Assembly (NCBI GenBank): GCA_013239625.1
Contig: MU056703.1
Location: 2,593,185-2,657,184 of the forward strand
Length of the DNA: 64,000 bases
Direction of reading: 5' to 3'
DNA from: Lama guanicoe
Taxonomy: Eukaryota
Below the pieces are notes generated by a model. The model was given only the letters and a program-made list of their open reading frames with translations, had not been told where the DNA came from and searched no databases. A program made the translations under genes and the position numbers. This document shows positions 1 to 11,778 of this stretch, one piece after another. Numbering within the stretch: the first letter of the stretch is position 1; each line of letters begins with the position of its first letter.

Positions 1-166
1 AGCTCTGATGTCTGCTCCTCTTCTTGGAAGGAGCCTGGTCCTCTTGGATCAGCCCCCACCCTGTGACTTCAATTCTTTCCTTAGAGCCCCATCTCCAGAC
101 ACAGACATACTTGGGGTTGGGGCTTCAATGTGGGAATTTGGGAGAAAACAGTTGAGGCTCTAATAG
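1..166 (-). mobile_element. MaLR LTR fragment (MLT1-like)
   Basis: gccccatctccagacacagacatacttggggttggggcttcaatgtgggaatttgggagaaaacagtt resembles the reverse complement of an MLT1 LTR end (consensus from recall). Boundaries approximate. Confidence 0.65.
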
Positions 167-1386
167 ACAGTTGACACCATTGGTATGTGTTAATGCCTGG
201 GTGCAGGTTAGAATGTCTTCGGGAGTTTTAAAAAAAGTGCCCACGCTTCAGCCACCGCCCTCTACCAGCTGAGTTGGGGATTCTGGGGCTGGGTTCCACG
301 GTCAGAGAATTGGTTTCTTGATGTGCTTTTTTTGCCCTGTTTGGGATGGTCCTGCGGGCCCAGAGCTAGGGTGACCAGAGGTAATCAGGTTGACAACGCT
401 GACGGGCTCATGGAAGGAAGGGCCAGGCCATGTACCCTCCGCTCCTTCTGCTGGAGCGTCTGGGATCAGGGCGCCGCCTGAGCCACGTCGCAGGCGCCCA
501 CCGTGCTGGAAGCTTTGCGGTGCAGAGGAAGCTGGTGTGGCATCTGTCACACGCTGTGGAAGGAGAGGCTTCCCTCTTTTTGCTGTTCTCGTTCTCTCGC
601 TCCCTCCATCCCTCTGTCATCTCCCCTTTTAGGGACAGTTCACTTGTCTCGCAGAGATGTTCTCCTGATGTTTGTTCTCTGGACTAGTTTCCCAGATGCT
701 TTCAACACGTCGAGACATGGCTCCTCTAATCATCACACCCTTGTGTCAGTGTATTCAGTTTTAGCCCCAGCTTTTCTTATAAGCTCACGACCTGTATTCC
801 TTGCCCTAATTTCTTGAAGATCCAGGGCTGTCACTCTTGAAGGGCCGGGGAGGAAAGATACATGTATTTACTCTGTTTCTCCACTTTAAAAAACCTCACG
901 TAAAATAGGACACAGGCTGTGTGTTTTGAACGTCTCTCTCCAAGGGGGGTGAGGCACTCGGGACTGAAGCTTTGGTGAGCGTTCTGGCGAGCGTTTGCTG
1001 GAAATCACCAGTTCCTGCGAGTACTCAGCGTTTCCTTCTCCTTCCTGCACGTGTGATGGAAATGAAAAGAATCTTTTAAAAAAGAACGGGCAGAGAGGAG
1101 GAAAGCAAATATGCAAAAAGAGAAGGAGCAGGGTGTTTAAGTGATGGTGTGACGAGCCCTTGCTGTTAGATTACTTGTCAGAATTTCACCTGGAAGCACT
1201 TTCCAGCCAGGCCAGCATTTTTAAACGGCTCTGACGGGAGGCTGTGGCATTTATGCAAAGACAGAGTGAAATGGTATTTTCCCAAAACCCATTATTTCCC
1301 GCTGATGTGGTGCTGGGTTTTCTTTGTTCTTTGGTCTGCGCTCATCTTCTGTGAGTAAAAATCTTTGACTCTTTTTATTTGTATAG

Positions 1387-1451
1387 CTGAAACGATTGTG
1401 AATGTGTTGGATTTCAAGAAAGACGTTGGGCTCTGGCATGGAATCCTAACA
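1387..1451 (+). CDS. DIP2C: DIP2C coding exon (~human exon 14), (A)ETIVNVLDFKKDVGLWHGILT
   Basis: tttgtatag acceptor, gtaagt donor, 65 nt, phase 1 to 0. Translation matches DIP2C FAAL-like domain 1 as recalled. Not in the ORF track. Confidence 0.95.
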
Positions 1452-2504
1452 GTAAGTGTGGCGCCTGCCCCGCTGTGTCCTGTTTACCTTTGAATGTGCT
1501 CAGTGTCGGGGTTAGAGTTCTGACCTGTGTGCACTGCGTCCTGAGGAAGCCCCTTCCTCCCCCGTTATAAAGAAAAGCCGCCATTGTTAGAAGTGTTAAG
1601 TTGTCAGCTGACACAACTCCCAGAAGCACAGCAAACCGGTGAGTCAGTAGCTCCTCGCCTGAGTCTTGGGCACGCACTCTGAGGTTGTGGCCGCAAGGGC
1701 CTTTCTCAGGCTCTGGAAGTTCAGCGTCTTTCTCCCCAAGGTTGCACTGAAGACTGCACAGCAGTGCTGCTGACGTCTTGCACGTGGGTCACTCTTCCCG
1801 TACATCTGCTTTGGCTGCCACGTTCTTGTTTGTATTGCCTGTGAGTCATCGATAAATGAACATGTCAGTAGTCTGCTGTTCCTTACGCTGCAGGGGAAAA
1901 GCACCTCACACGATTTCCCCTTGGCCGCAACGTCAGCACGAGCTGTGTGGAATGTGTCTCGCTGTCGCCAGTGTCACTTGTGCAGTGATGACCACTCAGA
2001 GCCGCAGGCATCTTTGATGGAGGGGCGACCTTATTACTTACCACACGCTCGGAGCTCAGCAAGCGTGTGGCGTAGCTGCCGAGACGCTCACTGTGTCTGA
2101 TCTATACGTGATAATTTCCACTCACCCACTTTTCTTTTTAAGTTTCTTATGCTGAAAGTATCTCTTCTGAAGGAAAAAATTCTAGTTGTTTTATGTGAGT
2201 GATAGGAACATAAATACAGAAAGTGGGATTTGTTATTTCCTGATAAACCAGAATTTGTTAGAATAAGAGCACGCAGGCATCGCACAGGCAGAAGCTGGGG
2301 CTCCGGCCCAGCCGGCTTCTTTCCCTGTGACCATCTGGACGCTGGTCAGTGAGACACAAGCACAGCCCGCACGCGCACTCTGGAGCCGGCTGGCGTCGGG
2401 GAGAGAGCGTGGCACCGCGCACCCTGGCTGGAACTCGGTCCCTCCTTCTGTAGCTTGTCGCTCCAGGCAGGTCGCCTGTGCCCAATAATCGTCTGCTGCC
2501 CAAG

Positions 2505-2600
2505 TTGCTCTGCACCTCAGTTTCCCTATCTGTCCAGGGGAAAGGATGACCCATTGTGAGAACTAGGTGACCTGATGTTTAATGAGCACGTAGCCCGTCC
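2505..2600 (+). mobile_element. MIR SINE fragment
   Basis: ctctgcacctcagtttccctatctgt core-like motif. Confidence 0.5.
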
Positions 2601-3559
2601 ACCTGCTCCGTAACTGACAGAGCTGGTGTCACCACTGCCATCAGAGTTACCCTGTGACCGTCTTGGTTTTGAGGGCTCTGGGGTAGACCTTACTGACACT
2701 GTCACCCGCCTGATCACCGTTGCCCTGGATTCTACCCCAAAACTGGCAGTTTCTGAGTCTCTCTTGCTGCACCTTCTAGAGCAAGGCAGGTCTCTGGCTA
2801 GACAGCGCCCACCCTTCCAGGGCGTCTTCTTTACGGTGAAAGATGCTCCCACCCCCAGCCTGAATGGGGAGCAAGCCTGAGCTGAGGGCACAGGCTGGCG
2901 GTCGGCAGGCTCACGCCTGGGGATCGGGTGCCTGTGGTCGTCTCCTGTGGAGCTTCTGAGCTGGATGGGCGCCCCCCAGCGCATCTGCACCCTCTCACTC
3001 CCCCTCCACCCACAGCAGGGGCAGGGCTGACAGGGGAACTTTGTCCGCAGCTTCCCCAGTTGTGGCCCCTCACCTGCCAGCTCTGTGAGTGCAGCCAAGC
3101 AGGTGTATGAGTCCCAGCTGCAGCGTGCGAGGATGACCATTACGTAAACAGCTTTGCTCCTCCATTTTAAAGAAATAAACCGTTGAAGGGTACTGGTCTA
3201 CATTCGCAAGACAACTTTCCACTGCTCCTGGTGTCTCAGTGTAACGTTTAATGAAGGAAATTAATTTTGTGACATAAAAATTAGTAGAATACACACGGGA
3301 GAATTAAGCCTCGAGACTATGAAAGGCCATTAAAAAATGATCATTCAACTAAAGTTTTTATAAGAAAAGGATTTAGGCTTAGGTTCTTTAGTTGTTTCAG
3401 CAGAGGCAGGAGTCGGGAGGACTAGACATCCTTTGAGAAGTCACCTCCACTCCCACAGCCTCTTAAAGGGCAATTCTGAGCGAGAGGCCTGCTTGGGTCC
3501 CCCACCCCTGCGTCCGGGCGGAGCCCCTCCCCACTCACCGCTGCCTGTCGTGCTTGCAG

Positions 3560-3653
3560 AGCGTCATGAACATGATGCACGTGATCAGCATCCCCTACTC
3601 GCTGATGAAGGTGAACCCGCTGTCCTGGATTCAGAAGGTCTGCCAGTACAAAG
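3560..3653 (+). CDS. DIP2C: DIP2C coding exon (~15), SVMNMMHVISIPYSLMKVNPLSWIQKVCQYK
   Basis: ttgcag acceptor, gtgtgt donor, 94 nt; within ORF 3554..3829. Confidence 0.96.
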
Positions 3654-3733
3654 GTGTGTTGCAGGGGTGCCCCTTAACCTCGCACCGTCTGCCAGGGCAC
3701 CTGGCAACTCACTTCCGCCTACTTCTCCTTCAG

Positions 3734-3853
3734 CAAAAGTGGCCTGTGTCAAATCCAGGGACATGCACTGGGCATTGGTGGCGCACAGAGACCAGAGAGA
3801 CATCAACCTCTCCTCCCTCCGGATGCTGATCGTGGCCGACGGCGCAAACCCCT
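3734..3853 (+). CDS. DIP2C: DIP2C coding exon (~16), AKVACVKSRDMHWALVAHRDQRDINLSSLRMLIVADGANP
   Basis: ctccttcag acceptor, gtaagt donor, 120 nt; within ORF 3433..3861. Confidence 0.96.
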
Positions 3854-3989
3854 GTAAGTGACGGTGCCAGCAGGCAGGAGAGGGCCTCACTCCCCAGGTT
3901 TCGTTCTCTGTGCTTTGATTTCCCCTTTTCTAGTCTTTACCTTAGTTAGGAAGTTGTCGTGAGATATCAACCAAGTAGTATCGCTCACC

Positions 3990-4215
3990 GTAGCCTCTGG
4001 GCACCAGGGCCTGAAGGTCCAGACAGCCCTGGGGTTGAGTCCTGCCTCTTGCACCTCCTGATGCTGAAGAGAACGTAACTCACTTGTTACAGCTCTTCTC
4101 TGTCAGCTGCAAGGTGGTACTCAGATCTTCACATTCTGTGAGGTTTAAGTGAAGCAGGGCCCATGTACAGCCCCTTGCGGTATAACAGGTGCTCAAGAAA
4201 CACTATTATTATTTT
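3990..4215 (+). mobile_element. MIR SINE, degraded
   Basis: ggggttgagtcctgcctct ... gtgaggtttaagtga ... aggtgctcaagaaacactattattatt follows MIR order and tail. Confidence 0.6.
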
Positions 4216-5100
4216 ATGGTCTATAGCAGTGTTGACCAGGAAGTTAGCTTGTCCTTTTTAATGTAATTTGATTATCAAATCTTGTAGCAGAAATTACGTA
4301 GGTAAAATAAATGAGCAGTTCCACAGAAAGCTATTAATATACCTTGAGAACTGTTTCACTCAGTCGGAACAAAAACGCAGCTAGCTTATTAATGAGAAGA
4401 ACACAAGCCACACGCAGCGTGAATGAGGACAGTGAACTGAATGAGAAATTGTTTGGTTTTGACCACATGTGTAAACCCTGCAGCGTGTGTATTTGTAAGT
4501 TAAAGCAGCATCCACTTCACACCTCACAGGGAGAAGCTGACTTACAAACAGGTAATTACGTGTTAGTTTTGTAAGTGATTCTCCCATTTACAGAATAAGT
4601 CCATAAATTGTGGGCTATTTATTGCACAGTTGGTTTTACCTGTAATTCTGCAGAGTAGTGTGTCTTGCAGGAATCAGGAAGACAGTATCAGGAAGTAGTC
4701 CAGCTGATCGGTTCCTACTGATCACTCCTTCATCTCATCCCTCACATTAACGTGGAAGAGTATGTTTCCATTTAGCTGAGTTAAGACTTACCCATCTCTT
4801 GGAACAAACATGCATATTGAAAATGGTAGAGTAGGTCTCAGAAAAGTTACTGAAGTTCATCCGTCAGCAAAACGGTTTCGATTAAGTGTAGAATTTTGCG
4901 TTTTTAAATTCTTGAGCTGTGTTTGAGAGTGTATCTTTCATTGTAACACAAATGATAGATTATGTTAAATGAAGTATTTTCCATGCTGCCTAACTCCTCA
5001 TGTGCCTAAACCCTAACTTTAAAAGCACTTTGTATTGCAGGATATTTTTAACCAGTCACACACTTCCACCGTCTGATGACCGTCCCCTCTTTCACTCTAG

Positions 5101-5215
5101 GGTCTATCTCATCCTGCGACGCATTTCTCAATGTCTTCCAGAGTAAAGGCCTACGCCAGGAAGTCATCTGTCCCTGTGCCAGCTCACCAGAGGCTCTCAC
5201 TGTGGCCATCCGGAG
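5101..5215 (+). CDS. DIP2C: DIP2C coding exon (~17), WSISSCDAFLNVFQSKGLRQEVICPCASSPEALTVAIRR
   Basis: ttcactctag acceptor, gtactg donor, 115 nt; within ORF 5076..5309. Confidence 0.96.
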
Positions 5216-7590
5216 GTACTGGCTACCTTGCTCCAAGGGGGTGGCCTGGGGGCGGTGTCTTTCAGCAGCTGGCAGAGGCCCGGCAGTCATCACAGCTGTC
5301 TCAGCGTGAGTGCGAGCAGGGCCCAGCTTTTCGAGATGAGGTTGCTCTCGTATGTGCTAGAGTGGGCTCTCTGAAGTAGTCGAGACACGTTAGTTACAAG
5401 GACACGTCTCGCTCTCGAGGTTTGCAGTAATTCCCGAGTGCGTGGGAGTCTGTCCGAGGCCCAAGGAGCAGTACATCTGTCCTGGCTGGTCACCTGTGTC
5501 CTCATTTGCTTTTTATCAGGCCCAGGTTTAACTCAAGTGTGGAGCAGAGTAAATGTTAGATGAAGCAAAATTTCTGTGGCCACCCCATGCCCTTTGCCAC
5601 ATGGTTTTCACGTTGTCTTCTTCATCGTCTGCCTTCTACAGTACTGCACATGTTGCACTTCTAAAACTGGTTTTCTGAGCTTCTGAGCCGCTTGGCAGCA
5701 CCTCAGGGCTCTTGGGCCTGGGATCTCAGGCCCCGTGGGGTTGGGCTTTGGGGTGCTCTTGCCAAGGCCAGCAAGCTCAGTGCCCTTGGCCCCTAGGTTG
5801 CTGTGGTATCACCACCTGCTTCAGAGCCCTTGGGGACAGTCAGGGCCGATCCGTGGTTATGACCTGTGGGAGCGCACCTCGCCTGGGGTGAGAGGGCTGG
5901 ACAGACGCTTTGACTGTCGGCAGCTCCCACTAACGTGGGAAGGGATGCCTGCAGCCTGTGCACAACTTACTCTTCAGCACCTTGGGTTCTATCTCTCAGT
6001 AGGGTTTGGTTCATGTCATACCAGGGTGCTCCGTTGTAAGAACGGACAACAGACCTTTCTGTGCACAAAGTCCATGAGTTCTGCTCTCTTTACTAAAAGA
6101 TTTGGCTTCCCAAAAATTCACTGGAAAATTGTCCTTAAAAGAGACGCCTTCTGATGCTTTCAGATGTTTATTGATGTGACATTAATCAGACCTCCTGACT
6201 AACAGACTGAGAAATTGAAAATCTTTAAAGTATCAGAAGCAACTTTTTACTTTGATTGAATGAGAAATTTAAAGTCTATAACAATTTAAATTGATGAGCA
6301 AATATGGCACCAGGAACCAGAATCTACTACTTGGACTTTTTATTTCCTAGGAAGTTGTTAACAGAGATAGAGATCATCTGATTTGGTTAATAATGACAGA
6401 AGGACAGATTAAATGCATCTTACTCATCACATTAGGAGCAGTTGTAAGGCTGGTGGTCAGCGTCAGCATGAGCCTGCAGAAATGGGTACTGCTGTGGGGC
6501 AGCCTAGCCCTGAGGTGGGGGTGTGGGGTCTGAAGGCATGCGGAGCCGCACTTGGAGCCTGGGCGGGGCACTTCCTGTCTGCAGGGGAAAGTGTGGTGCC
6601 TGTCCCCGGGGGTTCCCGTGAGCAGTGGGTTAGCTAACAAAATGCTGGAGCAGCATTCTGAGTACATGGTGCGGTACGTGCGTCTAGTGAGTGGAAAAGT
6701 AATACTATGCGTACATTCGCAGTGGGACTGCAACGTGACAGTCTTTTGGGAAGGTACTTGGGTTTTATTAAAATTTTAAATGCATGTGCTTTTTGAGTCT
6801 TCCATTCGCTTTCTAGGTATGTATCTTAACCGAAATGTTTCCAAATGCTTAGAAACTAAATGAAATAAACATTCATATCGCTGAATACCATGTAACAGTT
6901 AAAATGGGTCAATTCACAGGTGTGTCCAGGACACACGCCTTACATGCTCACATGCACACACTTACGTGGGAGGATCTGCAAGCTGTTTGGTGAGAAAAGC
7001 AAGTTGCAGAAGCATGTGCATGTGATTCTGCTTTTCTTGGGATGTAAATACGTGTGTGTGCACATTTCTTATAGAAATGCATATTAAAGAGGCTGGAGCT
7101 TTAGGTTTAACGTGTGGGTCGGGCTGCCTAGAGGAGGAAGGAGGGCGGGGGAGTGAGCAGGGGCTTTGGCCTTTGCGGTGTCCTCCTGCAGCGTGTGGCT
7201 TGTCCATAGCTTTGCTGTGCTCACGTGTTACTCATGTCACTTACTTTAAAATATCTTGAAAAGAAAACTCCCAGGAAACTAAGAAGTGCTTGGTCGTCTA
7301 GGCTAGAGGCAGGGGCAGTGCTGAGAAAGGGGGCGGATGGCTGGGCAGAGGCTCTGCTGTGGGTTAAACATTGCTTCTTACTATCACCAACGCAGGAAAG
7401 TGGACCTCGTGACTAAGCCAGCAGACTGTGCGGTGCTGGGTCTTAAAAAAACTTCCCCTCCTGGCGTCTCAGGTGCAACCTAAGTTCTTAAATCTTCCCA
7501 TACCTGGCGTGTGTCATGGCTAGTCCAGCATTTTGCTTTCATGTGGCTTTTTACAAATAAAAACAGGTGTACTTTTAAATTATTACTTGG

Positions 7591-7956
7591 AGTATTCGTT
7601 TGCTGGGAGCCTTTAAACAGTAGAAGTTCACTGCCCTGGTTCTGGAGTCTGGAAGTCTGAGGTGAAGGTGTCGCAGAGTGGCTCCCTCCGGGGCTCTGAG
7701 AGAGAGAGACTCTGTTCCAGGAGCCTCTCCCACTGCCGCGAGTGCACCGCCTGGGCTCTGCCTCCACCAGCCTGCCTTCTCCCCAAGTCTGTCTCCCTTG
7801 TCTCTTCTTAGAGGGACGCCAGTCATTGGATTTAGGGCCCCTCATCTTAACTCATCGCACCTGCAAGGGCCCCGTTTCCCAGGAGGGTCACACTTAAGGT
7901 TCGCAAGGTCAGGACTGGGACACGCCTTTGCGAGGGACACAAGCCAACCCACGGCA
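7591..7956 (-). mobile_element. MaLR solo LTR (MLT1-like)
   Basis: gttctggagtctggaagtctgaggtgaaggtgtcg ... agggacgccagtcattggatttagggccc ... gggacacaagccaaccc are diagnostic MLT1 blocks. Confidence 0.75.
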
Positions 7957-8600
7957 GACACTGAGGGTTAAGGTTTCTGACTCTGACGTGGAGTCCTGAC
8001 TGAGAACGGGGGTGAGGGAGTCCTGGCAGCAGAGGGTTCCTGCCTGGCTCCTCTGTCTTCCATCTCAAAGTGTCGATTTGTTGGGGTCTTTAGAAAAGAA
8101 AAAGCCAAAGAGGGGATCAGTATCGATTCCAGTGTTTGGGGCACATTTCCAGGTATTTTCACGTGGGTCTTAACTATTTCAGAAGACTTCTTTTATATCC
8201 CGTCAGCGCTGTTCTTTTTGATTGTGACAGACAGAAAAGCTCTATTTTCAGACTTTCTTATGCTTCTTTGCTTTTTAATTGAGGTGTAATTGACATTGGA
8301 CACACACTTCTTTCTAAAATGCACCAGTTACTTGATTCAAATGAGGTCTTTTTGGAAATTTTAACTTTTATGTTTCCCATTTATGTTTTTCATTTCATTA
8401 TAAACCTTGTTGATATTTTAAGGCCAAATAGGAAACTTCTATTTTAAGTCCATATTTTACATCCTGAAACTACATTACGGACTTGTATGTGGAAAATTAC
8501 AGAAAGAAATGTGATGTTTACCTGAATTGCACTCTAACCTTGCTCACATTGAAGAAACCTTAGTTTGCAGGGATAAAGTCCATGCTCTTGGAAATGTGTT

Positions 8601-8960
8601 ATTTATTCACTGACTGTCAACAGACGTTTATTGCGATATACTATGCCAGGGGTGGGGTCCAGCAGTGACCAAAAGGAAACCCTGCTGCCCGCAGGGAGTT
8701 CAGACCCTGATGGAGGCGGCCTGCACGGATGGTTAGATGATGCTTGCTGTGGAGACAGCAGTGGGCAGAGCTATTTTGGTGGGGTGATGAGCAGTGAAAT
8801 ATTGGGGTCACCTTGGAGGACAGTGAGGTAGAAAGCCAGTTGGCCACCTGCCAGAAGAAGATTCCACAGAGGCAAGAGCCAAGGGGCTTGAAGGGAGAGC
8901 AAGGCCGGATGCCACGCGGCCATAGGAGGAACAGGGTGGAGGCGAGGCCGGGACAGCAGA
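8601..8960 (-). mobile_element. LINE-2 3' fragment
   Basis: tcaacagacgtttattgcgatatactatgccagg...cagcagtgaccaaaagg...ccctgctgccc matches the antisense L2 3' end. Confidence 0.6.
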
Positions 8961-9479
8961 GAAGGCAGAGCCTGGGAGTGGCGGGACTGTGCTTTCCCCA
9001 ACACTCACAGCTCGTCTCATCAGACAATTCCCAATTCTCACAGGTACAACAGAGCACGTGCCTACACAGTGTGCATCGGGCCTGGAGGCTGGATACACTG
9101 AGCCGCCATTTCTCCTCACTGCTACCCTCTTTCGTGGGGACGGGACTCCCCCTTCCTAGCACTTCTCAAACTTGGAAAATCCGACCTTGCAGAGAGAGGG
9201 AGTGGGGAATGGAGAATGGGCTGTGTGCGGTGGAGGCAGGGTGGTGAGAGAGCACTGCAGGGTCTTCATGCTTGAGGCACTTGGATGTAGATGAGTCGAC
9301 GTTAGTGTCCCCCAGAGAGTAGGTGCTAAGAACAGTACGGGGACACGTGGCAGCCATGCTGGCTTTCAGAGGCCTTCAAGGCCAAGGGTGCAGCCCCGGT
9401 CTGCGTGAAGCATGTTTACACACGTGTCTGTGCTCTGACAGCTGGCGCGCTTCTAATCAGATGCAAACTGCTGTTACAG

Positions 9480-9619
9480 GCCCACAGACGACAGCAACCA
9501 GCCCCCGGGCCGAGGCGTCCTCTCCATGCATGGCCTGACCTACGGGGTCATCCGAGTGGACTCGGAAGAGAAGCTGTCTGTACTCACTGTGCAGGACGTC
9601 GGCCTCGTGATGCCTGGAG
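9480..9619 (+). CDS. DIP2C: DIP2C coding exon (~18), PTDDSNQPPGRGVLSMHGLTYGVIRVDSEEKLSVLTVQDVGLVMPG
   Basis: gttacag acceptor, gtgagt donor, 140 nt; translated by hand, phases fit both neighbours. Confidence 0.95.
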
Positions 9620-10420
9620 GTGAGTGTGGCCCCAGGCGCAGGCGGTGTGTGCATGCAGGTCAGCCCCCAGCCTGACCTGGAGTCTTCTCAAGTGTTTGCT
9701 AAGCTGCTCCATAACACTACCTCACCTGACAGAAGAAAACCCAGAATGTTCGCGAAACTGAGGAAGGGCCTCTATGCCGCGTGCGCCATGGGACCCCTGG
9801 AGGCACCGGTGCTGCCCTGCACTCGCAGTGGCACCTGGGCGGCTGGCCCCTGAGCAAAGGTCAGGCTCCCACTGGTCATCCTGGCACATTGGGCACCTGG
9901 ATCCTTCGCCGGGTTTGCCTTCAGCACGAGAGCCCTTTTTAAAAAGTCACAGACCATTTGCTTGTTGAGCAGAGGTGAGGCCCCAGGAGAAGGGCCTTCC
10001 TTGCTGAACCCCTTCTGCCTTCCCCTACCCTGTGCTGGGGCACCTCCTGCAACTTGCTGGCGGGAGACAGAGCCCAGTTTGGTTTGAAGGGGCCCTGACC
10101 TGTCCCATGCTCCCCACTTGGTGTTCCTGGGGCAGTTCCTCCAGGATCTGGGCCTTCCCCTCTTGAGGGTCCTCGTGCTCTCAGGTGTGGTCTCACCTTT
10201 GGGGGGAAGAGGGGCTTGCATCCACATGCAACCCCCTGCAGCCGGCCACGTGCCCGCACTGCTGCTGCCTTGGCCAGGCCTCCGGCCTCCATTCCTTTCT
10301 TGCTTTAAAAAACACTTGTTTTTCAAATAAATAATAGTTCCCCAGGTTTCCAGCCTCAAAAGATGAGATGATTATAAAATATAAAAAGCCTCCTTTCCAA
10401 CAGGAGGCAACCGCAGCGGA

Positions 10421-10562
10421 GACACGTGTGGACGTGTACAGACTTATGGATACGCAGACACTGTAGACGTGTACATGCACATACAGGCATGCACATACAC
10501 GTACAGACATGCACACATGTGCAGGTGTGCACATACATGTGCAGACATGCACACACTCGCAT
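10421..10562. repeat. Degenerate alternating purine-pyrimidine (CA/TG/CATG) simple repeat
   Basis: gtgtacatgcacatacaggcatgcacatacacgtacagacatgcacacatgtgc... Confidence 0.75.
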
Positions 10563-10569
10563 ATTCTTT

Positions 10570-11080
10570 TTCCTGTTTCTTTTTTTAATTTAATATGATG
10601 ATCGAGCCCTGTGTGTCCTTAGGTCCTGCATCTTAAAGCTCATTTGTCAGCAGCATGTGAAGAGCTCGCAGGCTCCTTTCCAGGCCGAGTAGTGTTACAC
10701 TGTCTGAACATGTAATAGTTTATCCAAACCCTCCCTGTTGGGCAGTTTCCCACTTTTTGCAGCTGCAGGGTGTTTGACGCAGGGTATAGCTCGTCTGTGC
10801 TCCTGTCTCTAGACGGGTGAGCAAGAGTGGATGGGCACACGCCCACGGAGCTGTCAACCCCTGGTGTCCCCAGGCCGGCTGCGGGATTCACATTCCTGCC
10901 ACTGGTAGGGGTACCCTCCTTCTGCATCCGCTCCCTCGTCCCTGGCACACTTTCAGACTTTCTGACTTTCACCAACCTGAGGGATGAAGGATATTTCAGT
11001 GTCATGTTTCCTGGAACTTCTCTTAGCAGGAGTGAGCTGAGTATCTGTCTCCCTGCGTTTCAGCTGGCTGGTTTTGACGC
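10570..11080 (-). mobile_element. Ancient L1M fragment (ORF2 end / 3' UTR)
   Basis: ttcacattcctgccactgg ... ttcaccaacctgagggatgaaggatatttcagtgtc ... gagtgagctgagtatct resemble antisense L1M. Highly diverged. Confidence 0.5.
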
Positions 11081-11641
11081 AGAACGTCCTTTCCCCTCGG
11101 TGCCAACCACGGGGTCACAGGAAGCCTTGTTAGCTCTTCCTGCAGCTCAGCCTTCGCAGCATTCATGCCGCCTCCCTGAGCTGCGTCCCAACACGCCCGT
11201 GCTCTGCGGGTCACCATGGGCGCAGTGTGTGCTGCGGGAATTTGAGAGAAGACTAGGCTGCCCATGGCCATTGGGAGGTGCTTCTGCTTAGAAGAGCTGG
11301 AGAGGTGCTCTGTGCTCTCCGGTCTCAGAGTTCAGGCTGCGTCCCGGGGGCTGTGCACTTGATAATGAAATGCAGTGTGTGGCAGTGACCGTCAGGCTTA
11401 CTCTAAGTGTCACCCTCGTATCTGGATGGCAGAAAGGGTTACTCCCTTAAATACGATTTACACACTAAAATTAAAGCGGTTGGAATTATTTCCTGATGTT
11501 ACAACTGTGAGATCTGATGTTTTGCTGTAAACGCTGCTCTGTGCACTTGCATTCTCTTTTGAATCCATTTGTTTCTTCTCTCTGCCTCCCTTCCTCCCCA
11601 CTGCCTCCCTGACATTCCCCGTACTGCCTGTCTGTGCTCAG

Positions 11642-11778
11642 CCATCATGTGTTCGGTGAAGCCGGATGGGATTCCTCAGCTGTGCCGGACGGACGAGGTC
11701 GGGGAGCTCTGCGTGTGTGCAGTTGCTACGGGCACATCCTATTATGGCCTCTCGGGGATGACCAAGAACACCTTCGAG
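11642..11778 (+). CDS. DIP2C: DIP2C coding exon (~19), AIMCSVKPDGIPQLCRTDEVGELCVCAVATGTSYYGLSGMTKNTFE
   Basis: tgctcag acceptor, gtaggt donor, 137 nt; within ORF 11569..11793. Confidence 0.96.
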
